Positions 1 through 11,614 of a stretch of DNA of 55,301 nucleotides are shown piece by piece. The first letter of the stretch is position 1; every line of letters begins with the position of its first letter. The position numbers and the translations under genes are program-made. The notes beneath the pieces are model-generated. The model was not told where the DNA came from. It saw only the letters and a program-made list of their open reading frames with translations, and did no database searches. The stretch is taken from positions 3,331,573-3,386,873 of the forward strand of contig BFEA01000027.1 of assembly GCA_003427395.1 (NCBI GenBank), read 5' to 3'. Source of the DNA: Chara braunii (Eukaryota; Plantae; Charophyceae).

Positions 1-1659
1 AAAAAAAAGTTTCCAAAAATTCTGAAAAAAAAACTACGTCATGCAGAAGAATAAACTAAACAACATTTGCCTCAACAGTACATCCAAATTTCTTACCAAA
101 TTTGAAATAAAAATCAAATATGAAAACTAAATAATATTAATGAAAATATGAAAAAAATAAAACGAGAATGAAATTATTGCGGGTGAGCAAGTTTTTGACA
201 CCGCCATCTTTGGCGATTTTTCATTTCTTTTTGGATTTGTCAAATGCCATGAAATTTTATACATATGTATCTTACATTATAGAGAACCTACAAATAAAGT
301 TTGAAAAAATAATATTTTTTTTCAGACTTCGAAATAAAGGAAAAACAAAAAGTGAAAAGAGAAAAAAAACAAATTAGTAAGTGGGAAAGCAAGCGCAATG
401 AGCCCTATATAGTAAAAATTCAAAGGCATAGAATAAGAATCATATAACAGCACATTCACAGTCTCATAAACATGTTAGATCTCAAGTGCGATTGGGTGCA
501 AATGAATATGATCGCAAATGTCCAAAACTTAGTACAAACACTCTTAGTGTAAGTACGCCCTAAGAAAGATAAAATATAGTAATAGAAATATAGAAGCGTA
601 ACATTTTGTTTCATCAACAACTTAATTCGGGGTTTATCAGATCCATCTCGATGCGTCGTAATTGCTATCATACATATTTCCAAAGGTGGTAATTTGGGTG
701 TTGCCCCTCTGACTTACTCTCAAAAGGAGTTTTACAAACGTACGTAACTATTTTTCAAAACTCACCACAATGCATTTAATTGTAATTACATCCCATATAA
801 CTTCAAAAAATCTAAGATTAAGTTTGTCATTGAGTGGCTGGCTCGAATGCACTAGCACTAACCACATTTGTTGGTGCGTCGAAGAAGCTATTTTTTCTGT
901 TTTTTTTCTTAGTTTTTTTTAATCTTTGTCTAGTGTAAATGCATTTGTGAGTATGAAATTTCATTCAGATATATTTAGGAAAATGCCAATGTGATTTAGC
1001 TGAGTTGTCGTCTCTCAAAGGCTTACCACACACAATATTTACATGAAATTTCATTCATTCTTAGTTTAGTTTCGTTAGAAGATGTTTGCATATTTTTCAA
1101 CATAGTTTTTCTCCTTTGTGTTTTGCGTTCTGTTTTTTTTTCGCGGCGGTTGTTTATATTGTTGTTATGAACGTACACCACCACTTTGGAAGTATGTTGA
1201 CACTTAGGCGATCTCATAATGGATCTTCTAAGATTCATTCTTGAGTCCAAAGAGTTACAGAAACGAGTGTGTGGGTATACTTTGGTATAAGGAAATAATA
1301 TGAAATATATACAAAAAACTTTGTCCGATAGAAAAAATACAAAATTATATTATGGAATGACATTCAATGTCACTCGTACCGAGGATGAAGTTGTAATTAT
1401 TTGCAAAGGGAAGTCCATTATTGTTCGCTCTCGAAGACGATTAAAAAATATTTTCTCTAAAAAACACAACGCAGGCATGGAGTGCAGTCCGTTTAAACTC
1501 GCAATTTACAAAACAACATTAGTACCATCACCAAGGTTTTGTCTATGACCATCAAAACAGTTAACACTAAGTAGACCCTCCACCTTAAAAAGGTTATGTA
1601 GGCATGAAGAGTTTTCGCTTAAACATTATACATCGTGTGTATATATATATATATATATA

Positions 1660-1765
1660 CAGAGTTGCCAGGCTGAACGTACGGAGGCCCCTAAGCTGAC
1701 CCCCGAACGTTCGGGCGTTCGGGTCCCCGTTCGGGGCCCGAACTCGAAGGGGTTCGAACCCCGCA
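1660..1765 (+). mobile_element. Probable hAT-like DNA transposon left terminus next to an (AT)n tract
   Basis: CAGAGTTGCCA directly after the (TA)n run resembles hAT-type CAGGGTTGCCA TIRs. It is followed by clustered CCGAAC/GTTCGG motifs in both orientations. No matching right TIR seen. Confidence 0.4.
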
Positions 1766-2784
1766 AAAAAATATTTTGGTACCTAAAAATTATTCTTTTT
1801 TTCTGATTTTTTTTTTTTTAGTTATATGTTATGTAAGCTACTTGTCTCTCAATTTTGACGTCATTCTGTGGAGCCAAACAATAATGAACAATCGACTTCG
1901 CATCCAACCATATGACATACCAATTTCTCTGTTTTTTTTCCTTTCTCTTCTTTTTGGGGGATAAATCATGCATATGTCAACAAACATATTTAATTTTGTT
2001 GTGTATGGGACATGCGTTTTAGTTTAAAAGGTATTGGGAGGATGAGCATGACCCCTGTGCGAGGATGATCTGTACAAATTGAAAATAAAAAAATCAATGA
2101 TAAATGTGACCAATACTTTTTTTTTTTTTTTTTTGTAATCATTTCGCAATTTACGAGTGTTGTGCATTCACTGGAGCAAGGTCCCATACGCACGAATTAT
2201 GAGATAGTGGGCTCAAATATCGAAACTCAAATACATTACTTCTTTATTCGTGCAAGTGGGTCGTAGCGCATGGGACCTTGCTAGTCTATTCTGTTACATC
2301 TGAAACCTCCTCACTCAGAAATGGGCAATGACAGCGGCTTCAGCTTCTCAGGCAGACCTGCTGCCAGAGGACAGAGCTCCACAGCGGCCGGCCTGTGAAG
2401 ATGCAATGCTGGAATGCGCGTCCAGTCCCCTGCAGCAAGTGCACGTTCGAATGGAGAAGCTTTCTTGGAATCTCAGAGGATAAGATGATAGTTCCCGTAG
2501 GGGTAAGAGAACAAGGTTTAAAATTTAAATCCTTTTTTTTTTTTTTTTTTTTGAAAGGGCCCAGTGCCCAAGGCTGATATTACCAATAAGAGGAATGAGG
2601 CCGGGGTCCTCACAGTCTGCCCGGAGAAACCGAACCGAACTTGCTGAGAACCAGGCTCAGCGTCCCTCATGTGGTGACTATGATGATGATGATCCTGATG
2701 ATGATGATGATACTACTGATGATGATGCTGATGGTGATAAAAAATTGTATCTTAATCCTGGCTGCGCCAACACAGTATTTAGAT

Positions 2785-3260
2785 GACACTAATTCAGGAA
2801 AGCAAATTAAATGAGGAGAAAGTTTTGGATATGGGATTTTAGTGACCTGCAGGTTTGGGGCCCCTCAACTGGTACAAGAGGCGGGGNAGGAATTCTCATC
2901 CATCAGGACTTGGCAATTGATATCTCACACCATGCTACAGATCTTTGGGGCTGCCGGGCTTGGGTCAAATTTGAGGTAGACAATGTGGAATGGGCGGTAA
3001 TGACAGTGTAGGCCCTTACAGGTGGTGCTGAACAAGCAGTCTTCTTCATACATCTTATGTCAGTCACATCGTACGTAGACAACCTGCTGATTCCAGGTGA
3101 CAGGAACTGCAGCCTGAACGACATTAGCGCCAGAGTACATGCTTGACTCGGGACTGTGTGATGCCTACATAGTACAGACTTAATTCAGGGTGCAGATCTG
3201 ATGATCCTCTCAGAGCACATGCTCGACTTGGGACTATGCGATGCCTACAAACTTCCGCAA
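2785..3260 (+). pseudogene. Degenerate L1/Tx1-like LINE APE endonuclease fragment
   Basis: LIQESKL...WGPSTGTRGGxGILIHQDL...WVKFEV...WAVMTV...PGDRN aligns by eye with the endonuclease at 30300-30650 (LQETKL...WAPARGSKGGTAILINKDL...WVKLAV...WAIISIY...GDWN). Stops and frameshifts are present. Confidence 0.7.
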
Positions 3261-3779
3261 CCAACCGACACTGGCTTCACTTTGTGCTCTGCAGCATCCC
3301 ACGGTGGCACAACTGGAACGTTCGGATGTGCATGTTGTAGATAGGTAGGGCTTGACAGCTCTCAGGCAACCACGTGAAGTAGCAAGCACAAACATCGAGC
3401 GGTAGGGGCTCATTAAACAACCAGACGACAGAGGCTAGCCCTAAGACTGGCGCTAACCGGTGTGCGAGTGAACCGTGTGACTCAACGAGGAGCCAGTAAG
3501 TCTTGAGAACAGAAAAGTTCCTCACCTAAGTCACATTGTCCTAATTCCGACGTTAAAGAATTCCTAAGGACGTTGCTGGCAGTTCTAGAATTGCAAATTG
3601 GCTTTTTGTTTTGCGACCTATCCTAGTGGAAACCTGACGTTAGAACTGTGGTAATGGTAACGCTCTGGAGTTTTGAGATTAACGTTCCGTAGGTCTAAGT
3701 CGTAGGAGGATCCGGAACGGTTCGTTCTCCTCTCGACCTTGTGCCACCGGCTGTTGATGTTGATTGTTGTTGTTTCCAG

Positions 3780-4560
3780 TGAGGGCACCATGAGTCCAGT
3801 ATATGGCCCCTGTGGAGCTGCGGAGTCAGACCAAAGCACCCCAGCTTGGAGAGGAGGAAGTTTGGGAGAAGAAAAGAAGGGAGGGAGGGAGGAGTAGGAG
3901 AACCTGAATCTTTTGCCGCTAGGGGAAAAAAGAAGGCGGAAGAGGGAGAGGAGGAGAAAAATAAAGCAAGAGGAAAAGCACAACGAGTGTGAAGAAGAAG
4001 GAGAAGAAGAACACCATATGGAGGAGAAAAAGGTGCTCGGGTAACACTAGGGGAAAGATGTTGCCGAGATAGCGCAGTTCTTGGGAGGTAAGTTGCAGAA
4101 CGAGCTTACACCGGCGCAGCCCCTGGCTTATGTCGAGGATCCCCTCACAAAGAAGATACAACCGTGAGTACTCGCCTGAGCCAAATACAAAACGATGAAC
4201 AAGAGTTGGAACGGCTGCTGAAACAGGCCAGGAAAAACAAGAAGAAGGCCTTGGAGGAGTTGTATTCATTGGCAGCAGCAAAGGCGGCGGCAGACAAGTA
4301 GCATGGAAATGTGGAGACGAAGCACATTAGGGAGGATACATAGGAGATAGCTGCTGCGGCGCTGCGGGCACCAGATGATGCAGCAATGGCCCTTTCCTGA
4401 GTCACAGAGCTGCAAAAGTGGCAGGTCGCAACCCGGAGGGTGAGGCAATGGTAATTGCAAAGGAGGCGCAGGTTTGAATCCGAGCCGGAGAAATTGCTTT
4501 CTTGGTTTTCCGTGGTGCATTGTGGGCATGAGGAGTTGTGCATCAACCCAGGCCTGCACA
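3780..4560 (+). pseudogene. Decayed low-complexity/coiled-coil ORF, possibly a retrotransposon gag/ORF1 remnant
   Basis: E/K/R-rich broken frames (e.g. EQELERLLKQARKNKKKALEELYSLAAAKAAADK). No diagnostic motif. Confidence 0.25.
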
Positions 4561-4659
4561 CACATTTGTCATGTTTTCTGTGGGAGGCCTGTTGCTGACA
4601 TTGAGAGGGGGGGGGGAGCCTAGGAGGGGGGCATGGCCCCCCTTCCGCACAACTGGACA

Positions 4660-5038
4660 CAGCAGACGCATCCAAACTGAGGCCTGTGTTTCAAAAATTC
4701 ATGGTTTTATTGACTGAGGGCATACTCACATTAACACTTTCCAAAGTACTTGACTGCAGTTACGGTGGGCTCCACAACAACAGATAGGAGTGATGATACG
4801 AGCATGCACTCCTACCTATCTTGCCAGGGGCTCCAGTCTATTGGTGGGGAGCAACACCTGCTGGAAAGCGGGTCCAGCGTCCCCTGGGATACAAACCTGA
4901 CTGCAGTCCCCTTCAGCTAGACATTGCAGATTGATTCGAACTCAGGCCTGCATTTCAACAATTCGTGGGCTTATCGACCGAGGGCATACTCCACTGACAC
5001 TTTCCTGAATGTACCTAACTGCAGTTATGGCGGGGCTC
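4660..5038 (+). repeat. Imperfect ~110-bp direct repeat (4660-4771 / 4924-5038) containing a Harbinger-like TIR motif
   Basis: Shared AACT(G/C)AGGCCTG..TTTCAA.AATTC.TGG..TTAT.GAC.GAGGGCATACTC..ACACTTTCC..GTAC.T.ACTGCAGTTA. GGGCATACTCAC equals the right TIR of the 22464-22920 MITE. A partial third copy lies near 7943-7990. Confidence 0.7.
4830..4883 (-). repeat. Structured retroelement 3' motif, copy 1 (type A)
   Basis: Minus strand reads GGGAC GCTGGA CCCGCTT TCCAGC AGGTGTT GCTCC CCACCAATAGACT GGAGC. Confidence 0.9.
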
Positions 5039-7639
5039 AATTAATCTGACATTGATTCTGACTGCAATCAGCTTCAGAAATTGCCAAGAGAAGTCCTGCT
5101 CTTAGTCTGGCACAAGTGGTTAACAGGGACCCCCACTTCAGCTCCTTTGCCTTGCTGTTTTTTTTTTTCAGGTTCTTTTTTTTTTGGCAATTAGTTATTA
5201 GTATGGTCTCCACTCTATGAATTGGTGGCAAGTTTCGTTAAATTCACCTTCGGGTTTTGTTACAAATGGCATGACAAGTTGTCTGAAATTTTGGGCCGCC
5301 GTTAACCTGCCGCTCTCGTGGGGGCAGGGTGTTAGCCTTATTGAAGCCCAGGGCAGACTCATACTGTGACCTTTTTCTGCCAATTTCTGCAGGCGATTGC
5401 AGTCAGGTTCATCGTCTCCGCCCACAGCAGGATACATTTAAGAAAAACTTGAAAAAGTGTTAGTGTGGAAATGCCACATGTCCTCAGTTGGTAGAAGCTT
5501 GAACTGTTGAAATACAGACCTGCATTAGAACCCGTCTCCTTTTTCTGCCTATTTCTGAAGGTGATAGCATTCAGATTCTCTCTAGGAACAGAGCAGGTCT
5601 GGTGGGTGGTCTGGTCCAGTCCGCTTTCTGTTTTTGTCAGTTTTTTATTTTAGGTTTTCTTTAGTAAGTTCTTGGTTTCACGTAACCCATGACGCCAAAT
5701 TTCTATGAATCATTTAGTGATATGCTATGCGCTCGATGATTCATACATCTCACGTGATGGGGTGCTACCTTTTTTCGGTGGGCGCACCAGCCGTTCCCTA
5801 CGGTCGCACTACGTGTATTCATATATGAGTTTTGGATGAACAGTAGTTTCAGATGGACTGGTGGTATAAAGAAAAACCACTGACTGAGAATTCAACCAGA
5901 GAATTCTTTTCTTGGGTGTGTCCCGACCGGCTGCAGCAGGACCTGAGCAGCCACTTCCACCCGGCCTGACGCTCCCACATTGCCACAGATTACAGGGCGA
6001 TACAACTCACCCCCCGATGGGCTACCAGTGTTGACTGGCGTTGGCCATCCTCCTCAGTCCGTAAGTGACGGCAACGGAATTAGAAACCAGCACCTGCTCT
6101 GTGCCGCTCAGGCATGAAACCTACTGCGCTAGCCGACAGGACAACCTGTATCTGGCCTCAATCTCATTGCAAATTCGTCCCTCCTGGTTGTGAAACGCAA
6201 TCAACCAGTTGGCCAAAGACCATGGCTGTCCAGCAGTCAATGATGTTCACTCTTTGTCAAAGAGCTCCTCTCGAGCCTCCTTACCATCTTCATTCACCCG
6301 AATAGAACAGTGACAATATGATAATAGCTGGGTCTAATAAGAACGCCATCAGGATGGTTGGAGAGCAAGCTGCTGAAGAGATGGTGGCTCTTTAGTGATA
6401 TGTTATGCGCTCGATGGATCACAACTCAAGACCACATTCAAATGTTCCCATACACATCTGTAATGACAGGCAGACTGGCGAGAGCAGATTCACACCATAG
6501 CCATGATGGAAAGATATTGCACAGCGGAAGCCAAAACTCGACAAGGAGATGAAAGAAAATTGTCTTCAATCAATTATTATTAAATCCCCCTGCTCGCCTC
6601 CATCAATCGAGTACATGCCCGAGAAACTCAGGCACTAACTTGTCTCCAACCTCGATCAACCCTCGACAGGCTTCAACGAACGTTCAAAGTATCACCCCAA
6701 CTTCTCCCTCTCGCACACAACTCACAAACACTGGTCTGGCACACCACTCCATCAGCGCCCCAATTCCAAAGTGTCTGTCAGCTGCAGCGCTGCTCTGACT
6801 TAGGCCAAAGGCCCAATCAGCAGCGCAAATAATTTAAGAGCGGAACCACCACGAAGAAGAAGATGAACTTTAATGAAGAAGGAGATGACTGCCTCAACAG
6901 GGCAACAACCAATCAGCATGCCGCTTGCAGAAATAGCGACCCTCCTCTCTACCCCCCCCAAACAGCAGCAAAGTGATGAGGACCTGCGCGGACTTCAACG
7001 TGTCAGGCAGCTCCACCTATGGCTGCCTAGTCTTCACGAAGCAGCAGAAGCTTCAGCGCTGAAAAATAGCGCAGCACCCGTTCCCCACATCGAATTTCCA
7101 GCAGAATGAGAAAAGCACCCCAAAACTAGTCCGGCCAAGGTCACTTCAACCCGGCCTCCCTAGACCTAGGACAGACCACACAGCAACACCTATCTGACCG
7201 TCCATTCAGTCAATCGAGATCTACGGCCTCTCCGCATTCATGCATCTAAACAGATACATAGACTAGGAGGAAACGAATCTACAGCAAGCAAAAGAGCGCC
7301 TACGGGTCTGCTGAAAACGAGTGCAGAAAAGGACAAAACAAAAGGGCAGACAGCCTAAGACCAGCCCAACAAGGCTCAAAACAAACATACACATTACAAG
7401 TCACGGGATCAAGTCCCGTCGTAGGGGGGCGTGGGGGTCGGATGACGCCTTAACTTCAGTGCAACGACTCTGGTTTTCCTTTTTTTTTTCTTCTTCTTTT
7501 CTGCAGATTCTCGTTTTTTCTCCGGTTTTGAGTCTTTTGACCAAAAAGTTCCAAACAGTTTGCTGACTGTATTAGTTATGGGTTTACAACTCTACACTGT
7601 TTAGCATTCCTTAGTTGTTCAGAAGTTCTTCATAACTGG

Positions 7640-7800
7640 TGGCTCTGTGGTTTTCAGCCAAAGCCCGGTAAAGGGCCCAGTATCTCAGCTGTTCTGTACA
7701 ATTTTCATAAGGGACGCTGGGCCCAGTTCTCAGCACGTGCTTCTCCCCACGAGCAGATTGAAGCAATCAATGTTCCAGGGGGAAAAAAAAGAAAAGAAAA
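7640..7800 (+). mobile_element. 3' end of a non-autonomous retroposon (type B motif at 7711-7764, A-rich tail)
   Basis: The motif is followed by AAAAAAAAGAAAAGAAAA. Upstream TCAGCCAAAGCCCGGTAAAGGGCCCAGTATCT matches the reverse complement of ~44719-44750. Confidence 0.75.
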
Positions 7801-8129
7801 GATAATAGTATTATAGTACCGAATGTCACTTGGGAAACTGACAAGGGCATCTTGAGATATCATCATTGAGCTGACCGACCGCGGCAATTCAGAAGTATTT
7901 GGTTTTAGTACTGTTTTACTCATCAAGTTCCATCATCATCTGGATTCGAACTCGGGTCTGTATTTCAATTTTCAACAGTTCATGGGTGTGGTCCCCACTG
8001 AGCTAGGCTCTTGCGTTGAGAAGGGCATTTGGAAACCTTCTTTGGCTATCATGCTTATGTCCGGACAATCGAAGAGGCATAGACAGTGCCTGCTTGAGCA
8101 GGAGGACAGAAAGATCAGAACAGGGAGAT

Positions 8130-8420
8130 GGTATGCAGTAAGAAAAAAAAAAAAAGTGCAGAAGAGGGGAAAGATACACAGTAAAAAAAAAAGAAAAAAA
8201 AGAAAGAAAGATACACAGTAAAAAGGTGCGGAGAACGGGAGAAATAGTAAAATACACAGTCCAAAAGTGCAGAAAAAGGGGATAGATAGTAGATACACAG
8301 TAAAACTTAAAAACAGTGTAAAAAAGGGGATAGATACGCAGCAAAAGTGCAGAAAAGGGGATGTGCAGATTAGGGGATGAGTAGAAAAGGGGATAAAAAT
8401 AAAGAGTAAAAGGACAAGTT
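8130..8420. repeat. A-rich degenerate minisatellite (AGATACACAGTAAAA / AAAAGTGCAGAAAAGGGGA units)
   Basis: Repeated units are visible. The tract lies just 3' of the IPK stop (minus strand). Confidence 0.7.
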
Positions 8421-8541
8421 TGGGCAAGGAAGGGAAGAGAGAGCAGGGTGAAACGAACCGGGGAGAGCAAGTGGGAAAGTGGGAAGAAGAACCTGTGTAA
8501 ATAAAAGGAGAAACTCAGAAAAGGTATTAAAAAATGATTAT

Positions 8542-9714
8542 TTACGATCCTGAAGCTCCTCCTCCTCCTCCTCCTCCTCCTCCTTTCTGTGGAGCATCAT
8601 ATAGGAGGGGTTTCCTCTTACGAACAATCGTACCAATCCAGTCACCTCGTATAGCCATTGAATTGCCACTCAGGTCATTTACCTGGCAGGGTGCTTCTGA
8701 TGTGATTGGTGAGTGTGTATACACATCACCCTTGCAGGCCGCCAGAGCATGTGCGGTCCCAGCCTGAGCTATCAGCACCGGAACCCCTGCTGCCGCAATG
8801 GTCGCAGCTTCCTTTATCTTTGCCGCCATTCCTCCTGTCGCGTCATGAGGAGAAACAGTCGTCACAACGGTTTCAGCACCATGTGCACCATCAGTCCGTA
8901 CGTTCTCCTCAGGTGGGTTCACGACGATCCAGCCGCCATCGTCGTCAACCTCAATCTCGCGTAACAGCGTTGCTCCTTCGACCGAAGGTGGTCGATTGAA
9001 CACGCCTGGAACGTCCGTCAAAAAAACAACGAACTGTGGGCACAGAGCTTTCGCCATGTGCCGAATTATCACGTCACCACTCAAGATGGCAACGCCTTGT
9101 CCGATTTCGAAGGAAGCATCTCCATGCATCACCGGAACGAGCCCAGAGCGAAGTACCTGACAAATGATATCCATGCCATGATTACCATCCCTCTCCACAG
9201 CTTGCCCGCCGAACTTCGTTCGCCAGCCAGCTGCAAATGGCGATATGCCAACCGCCGGAACACCGTGGCGGATCAGGGTTTGTACCAGAGTTTGGTTGAG
9301 ATGAGTGACGCTTGCTCGCGTTTTGGCCAAACCCATCGCCGTACGGTAACAAGTTCCAAAACCACCCCTGCCGAGGTGATACTTGCTCGCTGTGAAGTGA
9401 CCGAAGGAGCCTGCTCCATGGACAACCACCATACCAACTTTCCGATTGTGCAGTTGTCGATCTTTGACCTGGAAAACACCATCCTTATTGAGGTCATCAC
9501 CACCATCGCTGCGGCCGTCAGTGGCCTCAATGCCGGCTGCCTCTTGAAGATGGCATGCTGTCATTTCTAGAACTGTGTGGTTTAGAGTTTCAAAGCATGT
9601 TTTGTCAGAGATTGCTGCACCGCCTACTTTGACGATAAACCGAACATTTGATTGTGATTTGCCGTTGTCCCATGCTAGGGCTGGCTCCTCATTTACGCCA
9701 AAGGAGCCCGTCAT
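8542..9714 (-). CDS. IPK: Isopentenyl phosphate kinase (amino-acid kinase family), plant type, single uninterrupted ORF of 390 aa
   Basis: Hallmark motifs in order: IVKVGGAAISDK (two Lys), VVVHGAGSFGH (IPK-signature His), GISPF..GW, VPVMHGDA, ILSGDVIIRH, VVFLTDVPGVFNRPP, HDATGGMAAKIKEAA, DWIGTIVR. Colinear with plant IPK (Arabidopsis At1g26640, from memory). Confidence 0.95.
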   Translation of the reverse strand: MTGSFGVNEEPALAWDNGKSQSNVRFIVKVGGAAISDKTCFETLNHTVLEMTACHLQEAAGIEATDGRSDGGDDLNKDGVFQVKDRQLHNRKVGMVVVHGAGSFGHFTASKYHLGRGGFGTCYRTAMGLAKTRASVTHLNQTLVQTLIRHGVPAVGISPFAAGWRTKFGGQAVERDGNHGMDIICQVLRSGLVPVMHGDASFEIGQGVAILSGDVIIRHMAKALCPQFVVFLTDVPGVFNRPPSVEGATLLREIEVDDDGGWIVVNPPEENVRTDGAHGAETVVTTVSPHDATGGMAAKIKEAATIAAAGVPVLIAQAGTAHALAACKGDVYTHSPITSEAPCQVNDLSGNSMAIRGDWIGTIVRKRKPLLYDAPQKGGGGGGGGGASGS

Positions 9715-9939
9715 TATGCTATCTCAGAATGCTTTCCAAATCCGCCACTTGAACTTTGCTTGGATCAGATGCACAGGGTGTCCCTGCCGCAGGAGCAAAG
9801 ATAGCACATGTACGCCAGAATAGACAGCACATCCACACTCCCCAGTCACAGGCAGGGGTCATTTGTCTCAGGAAGATCAAACAGCACCAAGTAAGCCCAA
9901 CGACGACCCGCGCTGGCAACTGTTTACACTTTGGCCATT

Positions 9940-10395
9940 GATCTGGTCCCACTAGACAAATGGTCCCAGAAAAAAAATTGGTCCAAGCGGTGCCACTGAA
10001 CAAGTAGTCCACCAGACAAGTGGTCTCGCTCTACAAGTGGCCCCACTAGAGAGCTGGTCCACTGGACAAGAGGTCCTGCTAGGCAAGTGGTCCCCACGAG
10101 ACAAATGGTCCCACTACTAGACAAGTGGTCCCAGTAGATGAGCAGTGGCTCGGCTTGACAACTGGTTAAACTAGACAAGAGGTCCCTCTAGGCAAGTGGT
10201 CCACGCTACGGTAGGCAAGTGGCCCCACTAGACAGGTGGTCCCAGTAGATATGCAGTGGCTCGGCTAGACAACTGATTCCAATAGAGAAGAGGTCCCTCT
10301 AGGCAAGTGGTCCACACTACGGTAGTCAAGTGGCCCCACTAGACAAGCGGTCCCAGTAGATATGCAGCGGCTAGACACACTTGGTCCTCACTGGG
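9940..10395. repeat. Minisatellite of ~18-20-nt GACAAGTGGTCCCACTA units with a 111-bp higher-order period
   Basis: CTAGACA(A/G)G(T/C)GGTCCCAGTAGAT recurs at 10117, 10228 and 10339, with many shorter variants. Confidence 0.9.
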
Positions 10396-10881
10396 CATTT
10401 TCACCTGCACGGGGGAAGACAGATGAATGCATACCACCACTGTCATCATCGTGGTCATCAAGTTCATCGACACATTGTCTCAGTTTGTCTGGCATCACTT
10501 TTCTCTGGCAACCATTAAAAACTTTTACTGCTGTTTAAAAGTGGGTAGTCCCGAACATTATTGTATTTTACTATTTTGCATGAGGGTTCAACGTTCAAAC
10601 TCGTTCCATTCATATACGTAGGCCAGCTATTCGATTTGCCCAGTTTCAACAATGTTTTTTTTTTTTTTTTTTTTTTTTTCAAAAGAGACGATGCTCCAAC
10701 AATGTTAAGTTTTTCAGGTTTGCTATATATATTGTCTGCTGCATGTTGAACAACAGGCACATGCTTGTTACGCGCCGTTTCAGGTGCAGAGCAACAATCT
10801 ATATCATCTTGAATTACTTCTTTTTTTGGTTAAAGCCTTAAAGGCTTAAAGAGGATAATCCCCTAACATTATTGTACCCAT

Positions 10882-11248
10882 CTGATTCCGTCAGGATTTG
10901 AGCTCATGACCTGTCTACTAACAGTTACACGTCTGTACCATGCAGCCACATGGGCTGGGTATCAGTCCTCATTAGCACCAAAGATCAACTAAATAGTAAA
11001 TACTAAATAGTAAATTTGCTAATTAGGAATTACAGCTTCTGGGCTCATTCTGAACACGTATTCCCTGATTCCATCAGGATTTGAGCTCATGACCTGTCTA
11101 CTAACAGTTACACTTCGGTACCATGCAGCCACATGGGCTGGGTATCAGTCCTCATTAGCACCAAAGATCAACTAAATAATAAATACTAAATAGTAAATTT
11201 GCTAATTAGTAATTACAGCTTCTGGGCTCATTCTGAACACGTATTCCC
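10882..11248 (-). mobile_element. Tandem 183-bp duplication containing a tRNA-derived (Asn-like) SINE head
   Basis: Near-identical units start at 10882 and 11065. Minus strand GATACCCAGCCCATGTGGCTGCATGGT...AACTGTTAG...AGGTCATGAGCTCAAATCCTGA has A-box/B-box-like elements and a CT-GTT-AG anticodon-like loop. Confidence 0.7.
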
Positions 11249-11440
11249 GAATCATGCCTGACTATTAATCCTGGCCTGGTCCTTCCTTACTTGTTCATTA
11301 TGGGCTGTTGATTCTGGGAGGCTGATTCTGAGTTGTCTATTTCCGGGCTGTCGATCCCAAGCAGGCCCTTTGAAGCTTAGAGCTATCATCCATTCTGCTT
11401 TGCCAGGTGTTGTAAGCATTCCCTTTTTTTTTTTTTTTAA

Positions 11441-11614
11441 CCACTAGTACCTTTGCCGTCTAGTTTCAACAAGTTCTAGCCTAGTCCCGAACGTTTAGGA
11501 GGCCGGGCCCGACAACGGCTGCCGTTGATAAATCTGATCGGCGGCTGTCGTTTCGTTTCGACCTCCTGAAAGGTCGGAGGCCCACTATTTCCGAACCGAC
11601 AAAGGTACTAGTGG
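11441..11614. mobile_element. 174-bp MITE with 15-bp perfect TIRs, piggyBac-like
   Basis: CCACTAGTACCTTTG (11441-11455) and CAAAGGTACTAGTGG (11600-11614). Left flank is TTAA, right flank TTTAA, and the ends are CC...GG. Confidence 0.8.

Noticed and set aside
400-1600. Decayed MULE/SWIM-type transposase on the minus strand
   Set aside because: Only a CDHIH-like word in broken frames; insufficient support.
5700-7110. LINE ORF1 remnant with a zinc knuckle
   Set aside because: Only a degenerate CAR..H pattern (duplicated at 5713/6391) in fragmented frames.
8706-9570. Plus-strand ORFs overlapping IPK
   Set aside because: Antisense shadow ORFs of the real coding sequence.
9940-10395. Possible CRISPR array
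   Set aside because: Units are contiguous and degenerate with no unique spacers, there are no cas genes, and the context is eukaryotic.
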